Below, one piece after another: positions 28,276 to 37,509 of a stretch of DNA of 62,757 bases; the first letter of the stretch is position 1; each line of letters opens with the position of its first letter. The translations under genes were made by a program, and so were the position numbers. Source of the stretch: Verrucomicrobiota bacterium (GTDB taxonomy: Bacteria; Verrucomicrobiota; Verrucomicrobiia; Verrucomicrobiales; DEV007); NCBI GenBank assembly GCA_045046875.1, contig JASFYY010000011.1, positions 1-62,757 on the forward strand, read 5' to 3'. A model generated the notes under the pieces. It was not told the origin of the DNA, made no database searches, and saw nothing but the letters and a program-made list of their open reading frames with translations.

Positions 28276-29802
28276 ATGGCAAAACAACAGCAAAACGCGA
28301 TCAGTCCGGCCCGGGAAAAGAACTTTCCCGAATGGTATCAGCAAGTGGTGCGAGCTTCTGATATGGCGGAGAACTCGGAAGTGCGAGGCTGCATGGTGAT
28401 CAAGCCATGGGGTTATGGTTTGTGGGAACAGATACAGAGTCAATTGGATGTGATATTCAAGCGGACCGGTCATAAAAATGCCTATTTTCCGCTATTGATC
28501 CCGGTTAGTTATTTGGAAAAAGAAGCCACCCATGTGGAAGGTTTTGCGACTGAGTGTGCGGTGGTGACTCATCACCGATTGGAACTGCAGGACGGCAAGA
28601 TGGTGCCGGCAGGTAAGCTAGCCGAACCTTATGTGATCCGCCCGACCTCGGAGACGATCATTGGCGCGGCCTTTGCCCGTTGGGTGCAGAGCTATCGCGA
28701 CTTGCCTTTATTGATCAATCAGTGGGCCAATGTGATGCGCTGGGAGATGCGTCCGCGTTTGTTTTTGCGCACCGCGGAATTTCTCTGGCAGGAGGGGCAC
28801 ACGGCGCATGAAACGGCTGAAGAAGCGATGGAGGAAACCTGTAAGATGCACGGAGTTTACGAGCAGTTTCTGCGTGAACATCTGGCTATACCGGTGATTC
28901 CCGGTGAAAAAACCGAGGGGGAACGGTTTCCCGGGGCTTTGAATACTTTTACTATCGAGGCGATGGTGCAGGATCGTAAAGCGATCCAGGCGGGAACGTC
29001 TCACTTTCTCGGGCAGAACTTTTCCAAAGCGGCGGGGATTGATTTTGAAGGCAGGGAAGGCAAACGTGAACACGCATGGACGACCAGTTGGGGGGTTAGC
29101 ACCCGTTTGATCGGAACTTTGATCATGGCGCATGGTGATGATGACGGGTTGATCCTTCCTCCACGTGTGGCTCCTACCCAGGTGGTGATTTTGCCGATTA
29201 TCCCCAAAGACAATGTACGTGACGAAGTGCTGGCTGCTTGTCATCAGCTGGCGGAGAAACTTCAGGAGCAAAAGGCGTGGGGCGATCCGCTTCGGGTGGA
29301 AGTGGACGAGCGGGATCTTGGTGGTGGAGTGAAAAACTGGGAGTGGATCAAAAAGGGGGTGCCGGTGCGGATCGAGATTGGACCACGAGATTTGGAAAAA
29401 GGTTCGGTGGCGGTGACGCGGCGGGACGGGGGGCATCGCGACAAGGCTTTTATTCCGTCTGATGAGGCGGTCGGGCAGATGGAGGATACGCTGCTTTCGA
29501 TTCAGGAAAATTTGTTGGCACGGGCTTTGGCCTTTCGTGAAGAGCATACCAAGGAGGTTCACTCTGCCGAAGAGTTCCACGCCTTTTTTACTGTTGAAAA
29601 TACCGGGCAACCAGAGATCCACGGAGGTTTTGCCCTGGGACATTGGGGCGGCACTGCCGAGGAGGAAGAGGCTTTGCAGAAGGAAAGCAAGGTGACGATC
29701 CGTTGTATCCCATTAGATGCGAAATTGCGTGGGGAGAGCGGAGTGTGTGTGATCACAGGGAAGCCGGCCGAGGGGCGGGTGATTTTTGCTAAGGCGTATT
29801 AG
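28276..29802 (+). CDS. proS: Proline--tRNA ligase (archaeal/eukaryotic type)
   Basis: IRPTSET, NQWANVMRWE, FLWQEGHT, QAGTSHFLGQNF and C-terminal FAKAY. Confidence 0.97.
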   Translation: MAKQQQNAISPAREKNFPEWYQQVVRASDMAENSEVRGCMVIKPWGYGLWEQIQSQLDVIFKRTGHKNAYFPLLIPVSYLEKEATHVEGFATECAVVTHHRLELQDGKMVPAGKLAEPYVIRPTSETIIGAAFARWVQSYRDLPLLINQWANVMRWEMRPRLFLRTAEFLWQEGHTAHETAEEAMEETCKMHGVYEQFLREHLAIPVIPGEKTEGERFPGALNTFTIEAMVQDRKAIQAGTSHFLGQNFSKAAGIDFEGREGKREHAWTTSWGVSTRLIGTLIMAHGDDDGLILPPRVAPTQVVILPIIPKDNVRDEVLAACHQLAEKLQEQKAWGDPLRVEVDERDLGGGVKNWEWIKKGVPVRIEIGPRDLEKGSVAVTRRDGGHRDKAFIPSDEAVGQMEDTLLSIQENLLARALAFREEHTKEVHSAEEFHAFFTVENTGQPEIHGGFALGHWGGTAEEEEALQKESKVTIRCIPLDAKLRGESGVCVITGKPAEGRVIFAKAY

Positions 29803-29847
29803 GGGGAGAATTCAGGAGTTAGAATATAGAATTCAAGAGATAGAAGG

Positions 29848-30090
29848 ATGAAAGTATTTATTAAACCGGGTTGTCCATGGTGTGTTGAAGCCACTCGTTG
29901 GTTGCAGAGCAATGGTTACGAATTTGAAGAGGTCAATGTATTAGCTGACCGCGCGGCTTTTGACGAAATGAAGGAGCTGTCCGGTCAGACCAAGGCACCC
30001 ACGCTGGTGATGGACGACGGTTTGATGCTCGCCGATTTCGGGGTGGATGAGCTGATCCCCTTTCTCGAGGAGAATGGGATTCAGGCGTAA
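29848..30090 (+). CDS. Glutaredoxin family protein
   Basis: CPWC active site and SGQTKAP. Confidence 0.9.
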   Translation: MKVFIKPGCPWCVEATRWLQSNGYEFEEVNVLADRAAFDEMKELSGQTKAPTLVMDDGLMLADFGVDELIPFLEENGIQA

Positions 30091-30124
30091 GCGCCGCGTT
30101 CAGGATCTGACGAAATCAGTGGAT

Positions 30125-30400
30125 TCAGACGTCGATCACTTTGTCGGCGGCTTTGCCCTTGGCATTTTGTTGCTCTTTGTTTTTGTTGTTTGTTTCTGCT
30201 TTTTTAAACAGTTTGGTGATGTCAAAACCAAAATAGGCCAGACAGCTGATCAGTAGAGCGGCGGCGGCGGCTTCATCAAGGTTGCCGATCACCGGAAAGT
30301 TGTCGGGAATCTCAAAAAGGAGTCCAAATCCGGGGTTGAGTAGGAAAATGGCGGAAAAGACACCCAGGGCGCCGATGATGAGGGAATTGATAGTTTTCAT
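30125..30400 (-). CDS. DUF1232/YkvA-like small membrane protein
   Basis: Motif IPDNFPVIGNLDE. Confidence 0.8.
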   Translation of the reverse strand: MKTINSLIIGALGVFSAIFLLNPGFGLLFEIPDNFPVIGNLDEAAAAALLISCLAYFGFDITKLFKKAETNNKNKEQQNAKGKAADKVIDV

Positions 30401-30541
30401 GATATTACAATGCTTTAGGGATTAGACAGTGGCGATTGCAAAATCGTTCGGATTTTATAATCGCTTATTAGTTGAACTGGTGAGGGCAAACCACCTTTTG
30501 ACAGGCTTGACCTTGGACCTGGGAATTTGTAGCTTCGAGCC

Positions 30542-31501
30542 ATGAAACTGACAATCAGGTTTTTTTACGTTTTGGCGGCGGCGTTTGTTTTGGTCTCTGT
30601 GCCGAATGCGCTGTGGGCGGCAGATGGCGAGACGAAGAAGAAGGGGGGATCCAGTGCGCGGCATTTTGTTTTGCTGGCTTCGATGCCGTCCGAGGTGATA
30701 GCGGCGCTGGATTTGGATTCGGGTGAGGTGAAGGTCCTGCATCATTTTTCGGATAAGCAGGGGCCGAAGGGGATTGCTATGGATTCATCGGGTAACCTTT
30801 ATGTGAGCGTGCGCTACGGAGGGAAGAACGTCTTGAAGTTGATTCCCAAAAAAGGAGAGCGGGGGTTTCAGGTAGAAGCTTTCACCGGACAATTTGGTCG
30901 TTATGGTCCGGGGAAATTGAGAATGCGGGCAGCGGACGAATTGTTTATTGCCGGTGATTCGATGGGCATGATTTATCGTTACCAAACCCAGAGCGGCAGG
31001 GAGGGGCGACCTATGGCGGTCAAGGGGATGAGTTCAGTGCTGGGTTTGGATGTGCGGGGAAATGACTTGTATGCAGTGGAGGTTTTTGGATTGAAGCTGG
31101 TTAAGTTCACTTTGGATCAAAAAAACGCCAAAGCGCAGTGGCTGAGTTCAGAAGCCGAAAAAAGTCTCAAGCGGTCTTCAGGCATAACGATCGGTCCCGA
31201 CGATAATATTCTAATCACTAATACTCAGAAATCGACCATATCCGAGTTCTCGGCTTCAAGTGGAAAGTTCGCCAAGCTGTTTTTTGATTTAAAAAGCGTC
31301 GGCATCTCATCGGCTTCGGAGATTTGTTATGACCCCGCATTGAATGCCTATTTGGTAGCGGCGGGGGGAGAGGTGGTCAAGCTTGATGCCGAGGGCAAGC
31401 TATTGCAAAAGTATGCATTAGGTAAAGAGGTGAAAGGCGCTACTGCAATCATGGTGGTGAATGAAAAACAATTGCCAAAAACACTGGCGGATCAACTTTG
31501 A
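30542..31501 (+). CDS. Secreted beta-propeller (NHL/SMP-30-like) protein
   Basis: Signal peptide; blade motifs PKGIAMDSSGNLYVS and GITIGPDDNILIT. Confidence 0.7.
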   Translation: MKLTIRFFYVLAAAFVLVSVPNALWAADGETKKKGGSSARHFVLLASMPSEVIAALDLDSGEVKVLHHFSDKQGPKGIAMDSSGNLYVSVRYGGKNVLKLIPKKGERGFQVEAFTGQFGRYGPGKLRMRAADELFIAGDSMGMIYRYQTQSGREGRPMAVKGMSSVLGLDVRGNDLYAVEVFGLKLVKFTLDQKNAKAQWLSSEAEKSLKRSSGITIGPDDNILITNTQKSTISEFSASSGKFAKLFFDLKSVGISSASEICYDPALNAYLVAAGGEVVKLDAEGKLLQKYALGKEVKGATAIMVVNEKQLPKTLADQL

Positions 31502-31567
31502 AATTAAGGATACCGCACAGTTTTTTTCCAATACCCTGACCAAACAATAGTTTAATAGCGAAAGATA

Positions 31568-34027
31568 ATGACTGCTCCCTCCATCCCTCCATTGCCTGGT
31601 TCACAGGAGTCGCAAAATGAACAAACCCCGTCTTCCGGCGGAGTATTGGGCATGTTGGCGGCTTGCAGTGGAGGGGCGTCGGTGTTTGCGGTGGCGGCAT
31701 CGGTGTTTTTATTGTTCCAAGAGGACGCGACGATGTCGGCGGCAGCCTTGGTGATGGGAGGTTTGGCAATGTTTGCGGCCTTGATCGCCCTGGTGATGGG
31801 TTTTGTGGTGGTGGTTTCGGTTCAAGCTCACAGTCGTTCTTCGGCGGTGGTGGCAATGATTTCCGGTACGGTGACGCTAGTGGCGGTTTTGGTGGTGGGG
31901 GTGACGGGATTGTTTCACAGCGCGCAGCGAAAGTTTGAACTGACGGACGATGGCATCGAGCATCAGTTGCCGCCGGTTGAGCCTCTGGTGATCAAGCAAG
32001 GTTCGCGAACAGACCGTGATAATAAAAAGCTCTGGCGACGATGGTTTATACAAAACCTGGAACAGCCGATGAAAACCCGACTGGCAGGCAAGGCCTGGGA
32101 AAAAGAGGGTTTGCAGGCGGTGAAAGCGTTTCCTTCCGCGTGGGTGAATGACTGGGGGCAGTTGAGCAAACTGGAGTGGCAGACCATCGGGGCGGGTTTG
32201 GTGCGTAAAAAATGCGACGACCCCCTGCTGCTCTATTTGGTATCAAGATCCTGCGACATGGGCTTGAATCAGTTTAATATTTTGAGGAATGCGGCAAAAG
32301 AAATCACCGTCTCTGAGGAATTAAATCCACTTTGGGCTTTGATGGCGTATTTGGATGTAGCGCAGAAGGTGGAGTATGGCGACGATGAGGAAGATCGGCG
32401 ACCGACGGATGCGGAAGTTTTGCGTAGGTTGAAGAGGGCTTGTGAAGCGGGCTGTTTCGATGGGGAGCAGGTGTGGTTACTGGACCATTTGTTGGCGATG
32501 TATGATGGAAAAAAATTCACCAAACGCCATGCTTTTGAAATTGCCGAAGTGTTTGAGAAGTCAGGCATGCCTGAATGGATGGTGCATTGGATGCGGGGCT
32601 ATGGAGAACTGCGCGAGGCATGGAAAGTCCGCGGATCGGGATCTTCTAGCAAAACCACCGCAGTGGGTAGGAAGGGCTTCCAGGATCATTCGGATCTGGC
32701 GCGAAAGGAGCTGGTGAAATCGTGGGAACTGGCTCCACAATATCCTTTTGCCTCAGCTTTGATGATAAGGGTGAGTATGGGGAGTAGTGAAAATTCGTTG
32801 AAGGAAATGCGGATGTGGTTGGATCGCTCGAATGATGCTCATGTGGGCAATTGGACGGCGATCACTAACTACAATTTTGGTATCTATCCACGTTGGCACG
32901 GCAGCCATGACATGATGTTTGAGTTTGCTGATCGTTGTATGGATTCAAAACGGTATGACACCTATCTGCCGTGGATGCAAATGATCGTCATGCAGCACAT
33001 GGCGGGAGAAAGCTCGGATAAGGAGCAGTATTATCAGGACGAAGAGGTGTATGATAAATTGATGCAGATGTTGGAGGGCTACCTGGCAGATGCGGACAAA
33101 GATACGAGCGCTGAAAGTATCAACAGAAAACGCGCTTATTGGACTTATCAGGTAGTGATTTCCCGCCGGGCGGGTCATGACGAAAAGTTGCCGGAATTGT
33201 GGGAAAAATTGCAGGGTAAGTTTCATCAACGGGCGTTGGCTACATGGAAAGTGGATCGCGAGGATTTGGAGTTCAGATCGATCTTGGGGCAACAGGATCA
33301 ACATCTGCACAATGCGGAGAATTACATGGATCAGGATTTGTTTGATGAAGCGATTGCGGAGTATGAAGCTATTCTTTCCCAGTCAAAGCCGGCAGAGCCC
33401 CAACAGCAGGCTTTGCGTAAACGCATCGCTTTATTGAAGTTGAAAAAACAGTGGCAGGCAGGGCAGTGGGTGACCTTGTGGCCGGTCAGCTCTCCCGACC
33501 CCGACTTGTGGCGGGTGGTGGAAGGCAAACGGCTGGCGGATGCCAATGGGTATTTGAAGTTTCAATCGGATGCTTACCGCTATGTGGTGGATCACCCTTT
33601 GACTCTGGGGATGAATTATGAAATCGAGGCCAAGGTGGGGCCGGCTGCGGGGGTATGGGGTACACCGGGTTTTGGTATATGGATGAGTAAACGCCCCTGG
33701 AACGGCACGCATTGGGAGGGACTGAAAATGCGACGAGCTGGTAATAAACAACTTTCGGTGGAAGTGGGGCGCTGGCGTTATACTCCGGATTGGTCGGCCA
33801 AGATCAAAGATCAAGAATCGGTATTGCTGAATTTAAAGTGTCAGGGAAAATTTTGGACGGTGAGTGCGGATGGCCGCAAACTGAATGCCAAGGATATAGA
33901 AGTAGGCACCCATAACAGCGGGGATAATACCCGAATGGCGCTTGGGGGTTTTGTGCGCCCTGAATGGGGAACCACGGTGAGCTACCAGAGCATCCGGGTG
34001 AGAAAGCTGGAGCCGAGGGAAGAGTGA
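31568..34027 (+). CDS. Membrane protein with DUF4034-like helical domain
   Basis: N-terminal TMs; motifs AWKVRGSG and PRWHGSH. Confidence 0.7.
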   Translation: MTAPSIPPLPGSQESQNEQTPSSGGVLGMLAACSGGASVFAVAASVFLLFQEDATMSAAALVMGGLAMFAALIALVMGFVVVVSVQAHSRSSAVVAMISGTVTLVAVLVVGVTGLFHSAQRKFELTDDGIEHQLPPVEPLVIKQGSRTDRDNKKLWRRWFIQNLEQPMKTRLAGKAWEKEGLQAVKAFPSAWVNDWGQLSKLEWQTIGAGLVRKKCDDPLLLYLVSRSCDMGLNQFNILRNAAKEITVSEELNPLWALMAYLDVAQKVEYGDDEEDRRPTDAEVLRRLKRACEAGCFDGEQVWLLDHLLAMYDGKKFTKRHAFEIAEVFEKSGMPEWMVHWMRGYGELREAWKVRGSGSSSKTTAVGRKGFQDHSDLARKELVKSWELAPQYPFASALMIRVSMGSSENSLKEMRMWLDRSNDAHVGNWTAITNYNFGIYPRWHGSHDMMFEFADRCMDSKRYDTYLPWMQMIVMQHMAGESSDKEQYYQDEEVYDKLMQMLEGYLADADKDTSAESINRKRAYWTYQVVISRRAGHDEKLPELWEKLQGKFHQRALATWKVDREDLEFRSILGQQDQHLHNAENYMDQDLFDEAIAEYEAILSQSKPAEPQQQALRKRIALLKLKKQWQAGQWVTLWPVSSPDPDLWRVVEGKRLADANGYLKFQSDAYRYVVDHPLTLGMNYEIEAKVGPAAGVWGTPGFGIWMSKRPWNGTHWEGLKMRRAGNKQLSVEVGRWRYTPDWSAKIKDQESVLLNLKCQGKFWTVSADGRKLNAKDIEVGTHNSGDNTRMALGGFVRPEWGTTVSYQSIRVRKLEPREE

Positions 34028-34198
34028 TTTAGCTAGGTCACGGTGTAAATCAATGTTGGTTGCCGCGCTTGAATGGGGTCGAAAGGGCATGGCTTTGTAG
34101 CGTTTGCTGCGATACGTGGTTGATGGGTAAAATGGGAGATTCCCCTGGGGCGGCGCGTTTAGTGTAGGATGAATGATTATTTTAAAAAAAATGCACTA

Positions 34199-34235
34199 GA
34201 TGGAGTAATATTTGCAACTGGGATGGAGTAATATT
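34199..34235. promoter_or_regulatory. Tandem 14-bp direct repeat (candidate operator)
   Basis: GATGGAGTAATATT at 34199 and 34222 (23-bp period). Confidence 0.55.
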
Positions 34236-34349
34236 CATTGATGCTAGGTGGAGTGAATGCAAGGCCTGCTATTGTTAGAATAGCTGATTGGCTTTTAGCG
34301 TTGAACAGAAAACGGCGAAGCTTTGAAGTGTCAGGTGATTTGGCAATGA

Positions 34350-36372
34350 ATGATTATGAAAACAGAGTTTAGATTTCAGGTAGCCGAAATTTTAGGGCGA
34401 CATCTCTTTTGGGCATGGACGGTGACAGTGTTGTTGCACCCTGCGAGGGCGGAACCTGCGGCGATGGTCAAAAATGAAAAAGAAGGCAAGATTTATGTGG
34501 CTTTGCCGAATGGCTACTCATTTGTCTACAATACAAAAAAGTTTCATGTCGAGAGCATGTGGCAGGGCGGTGCTGAGCAGCGACCTGAGCACGCGCGAAA
34601 TCTGGCAATCCAGTCTAAATCCGTAGCAACAGAATTTGCGCAGCTTGGAGGGTGAATGGCTGGGCGCTGAGTTGGTAGGGGATGAGGTGGTTTTCCGTTA
34701 TGCGATGTCGGGCAAGGACGGCAGGGTCGAGATCAGTGAGCGCATCTCGATCAATCAGCAACGCGTGGTTTTGTCTTTTAGTTTGGTCCATCCAAAGCAG
34801 GCTTTTAACATGAATTACCGGATGCGGCAGAGCTCGTATCGTCTGGTAGAAACCAGCGGTCAAAAAAGAGGACGAGGCCACGTGCAGTATATCCATCTGG
34901 GGCAGACGGATTATCAGATCACGATGTATTTCCAAGAGGGCGGAGATCATTTTCCAGCGGGTTACACGCTTGAGCCGATAACATTGCCAAAATTACCCAA
35001 AGGTTATTTGTTCGAACCTGCTGGTTTGGATTTTGACGCTGATGGCACCTTGTATGTTTCGACCCGGACGGCAGGAGTGTGGACTTATAAAAAGGGCGTT
35101 TGGAAGCAGTTTGCCGATGGTCTGTATGATGCGCTGGGGCTTCGTGTCCGGAAGGACGGGATCTATGTCATGCAGAAGCCAGAGTTAACCCGCTTGGTAG
35201 ATGAAGATGGCGATGGAGTTGCTGAGCGATACGAAACGGTATCCTCCAATTTTCGTTTTGCCGGCAGTTACCATGAGTTTGCCTATGGACCTCGTTTTGA
35301 TTCGCAGGGCAATGCCTATTTTTCCCTGAACCTCTCTGCTGGGGTGGGGCACAAGATTTCGAAGAGTGAGGGCATTCAGATGCTCACGCCTTTGGGCTTC
35401 CGGGGGTTTGTGATGAAGCGCTCTGCCAATGGCAAGCTGAGTCCTTACGCACCTGGATTTCGTTCACCAGTAGGGATCGGTATCAATAAAAAGGACGAGC
35501 TTTTTATAACGGACAATCAGGGAGACTGGGTGCCGTCGTCATATTTGATTCATGTCCGCCCGGGTGGTTTTCATGGTCATCCAGCTTCGCTGTTAGATAC
35601 TCCCAAATACGGAGGTGGCGAAACCTTGAACAGCAAGGCGGTATATGATATTCCTAAAAAGGTGCCGGAAATAAAGGAGTCCGATTTTCGTCCGCTGCGG
35701 CTTCCTCCAACGGTATGGTTGCCGCATGAGGAATACTCCAATTCTCCAGGCAATCCCGAGTTTTGTGAAACGAGCAAGTTTGGCCCTTTTGAAGGGCAGA
35801 TATTCATCGCGGAACTCACCAAGCAATCGATCCTCCGGGTGCAGTTGCAGCGTGTCGAGGGAGCTTATCAGGGGACGGTATTTCCCTTTTTACGACCTTT
35901 GCCCAGTGGCGGCTTTCGGTTGCGATTTTCTCCAGATGGTGAGCTATACGTGGGGCAGTTGTCGCGGGGGTGGGGGAATGGAAAGACGGGGCTGCACAAG
36001 TTAAGTTGGGATGGCAAAACCATGCCTTTCGAGATGAAATCGGTCACTCTGATTACTAAGGGTTTTGATATCCGCATGACCTTGCCTTTAGCGCCTGGAG
36101 CCAAGCTGAAACCCAGCCAGGTCTTAATGAGTTCGTTTCGTTATAATTATTGGAAGTTGTACGGCTCCGAGCGCATTGATAAAACTATCATAGAACCAGA
36201 CAGTATTCGTCTGTCAGAGGATCGCCAGACGATCCATTTGTCGCTGCCACTGAGGGCAGGTTTTTTATACGCGATTGAGTTGGTGGATGTGGTCGCGGAG
36301 GATGGGAAAAAGCTAGTGAACAGGACTTGTTGTTACACTTTGAACCAACTGGTGAAGGAGGAAAATAAATGA
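34350..36372 (+). pseudogene. Frameshifted DUF6797-like + beta-propeller (sorbosone dehydrogenase-like) secreted protein
   Basis: ORF 34350-34655 carries the signal peptide. ORF 34636-36372 lacks a good start and its frame is open only from 34627. A 1-nt deletion joins them. Motifs YHEFAYG, GFRSPVG and TDNQGDW. Confidence 0.7.
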
Positions 36373-37040
36373 TTAGAAACATGATGAGCGGAGTTGTTTT
36401 TTTGTTGCTGGCTCAAGCAGCGAGTGCGGTGGATTTGAATGTGGACGACCGGCCTTTGGTGTATCGAGTTGCATTGCAAGAAACCCCGTCTCGGGGTATT
36501 GCGGTTGGCTACCCTAACCAATTTAACTATGTGTTGGATAGCGTTTCCTTGACGCCTTTGTATATCTGGACTGGCGGATTTTTGAATCTAGACGGTGAAT
36601 TGAAAGGGCGCGGGGGAAACCCTTGCTCCATTCGAGGGGCTAGAATTGAGCTGAACCTTTTGCGCTCGCCTTTACGTTTTGGCGATGCTAGCCGAGAGCC
36701 CGAGGATACGGTTTTCACTGGCTACCGCAGGAAGGGGCGAGAGGCTCCGGTACTTCAAGCCGAGATTGACGGGCATCAAGTCGCTATGCGTCTATGGAGC
36801 GAGGCGAAGAATCAAGTTACGATCGAATACGAGTTGGCAGAAGATCGCAGAAAGGGAGTCTATTTTTCGACGGCGGGTTTTACCAAGGAGGCGGTGACTC
36901 CTGGGGAAGGGGTGACGTGGTTGGCTGATGATTCCGCGTTAACGCTTCCAGTGGGCAAGCGGTCCTTTCGCGTGACTTTGGATTTGACTGGTCGCAAGGG
37001 GCTGATGATGAAAAAGCAAAAAGCAAAAAGCGAAAAGTAA
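36369..37040 (+). CDS. DUF6797-like secreted protein, probable N-terminal part of a cytochrome c fusion
   Basis: Signal peptide; RGIAVG..YVLD...YIWTGGFL. Confidence 0.7.
   Translation: MIRNMMSGVVFLLLAQAASAVDLNVDDRPLVYRVALQETPSRGIAVGYPNQFNYVLDSVSLTPLYIWTGGFLNLDGELKGRGGNPCSIRGARIELNLLRSPLRFGDASREPEDTVFTGYRRKGREAPVLQAEIDGHQVAMRLWSEAKNQVTIEYELAEDRRKGVYFSTAGFTKEAVTPGEGVTWLADDSALTLPVGKRSFRVTLDLTGRKGLMMKKQKAKSEK
37011..37031 (+). repeat. (AAAAAGC)x3 heptamer repeat at the frame junction
   Basis: Three perfect units at 37011, 37018 and 37025. Confidence 0.9.
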
Positions 37041-37048
37041 CGGGGGAA

Positions 37049-37339
37049 TTGTTATATACGCAGTATTGCAGTGCTTGTCATTCGCTCAACGGCTTGAAGA
37101 TGATCGGGCCAAGCTTCAAAGGGCTTTGGGGAAAAACCGAAAAGGTGCTGGTAAAAGGGCAAAGTCATGAGCTGGTCGTGGATGCCGAATACATCAAACG
37201 CTCCGTGATCGATCCGCAGCACGATATTGTTGATGGCTACGCGTTGGTTCCCATGCCTAGTTTCAAAGCTATCCTGTCGGCGGAAGAAGTGGAGTTGCTG
37301 GTTGCTTTTATCAAGCAGGGGAAGGGGCAGAAGAAGTAG
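37049..37339 (+). CDS. Cytochrome c domain (probably the out-of-frame C-terminus of the previous gene)
   Basis: CSACH, IGPSFKGLWG, YIKRSVIDP...MPSF; no signal peptide; the frame stays open upstream (...KVTGELLY). Confidence 0.8.
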   Translation: MLYTQYCSACHSLNGLKMIGPSFKGLWGKTEKVLVKGQSHELVVDAEYIKRSVIDPQHDIVDGYALVPMPSFKAILSAEEVELLVAFIKQGKGQKK

Positions 37340-37509
37340 CTGCATCAGCAGTGGCCAAGAGTTATCAGGGAGATACTCTGTCCTCGTGGTTTAGGTGATT
37401 GGCATCGTTCTATTGGCTATGTCCAAAAAACTGCAGATTTTCGCTGCCCTCAATGAATGCTACATTTTTCATCGTAAGGATTTTCATAATCGACCTTGGG
37501 TGATATGGT

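Noticed and set aside
28276..29802. Archaeal/eukaryotic-type ProRS as a horizontal-transfer novelty
   Set aside because: This type is common in many bacterial phyla.
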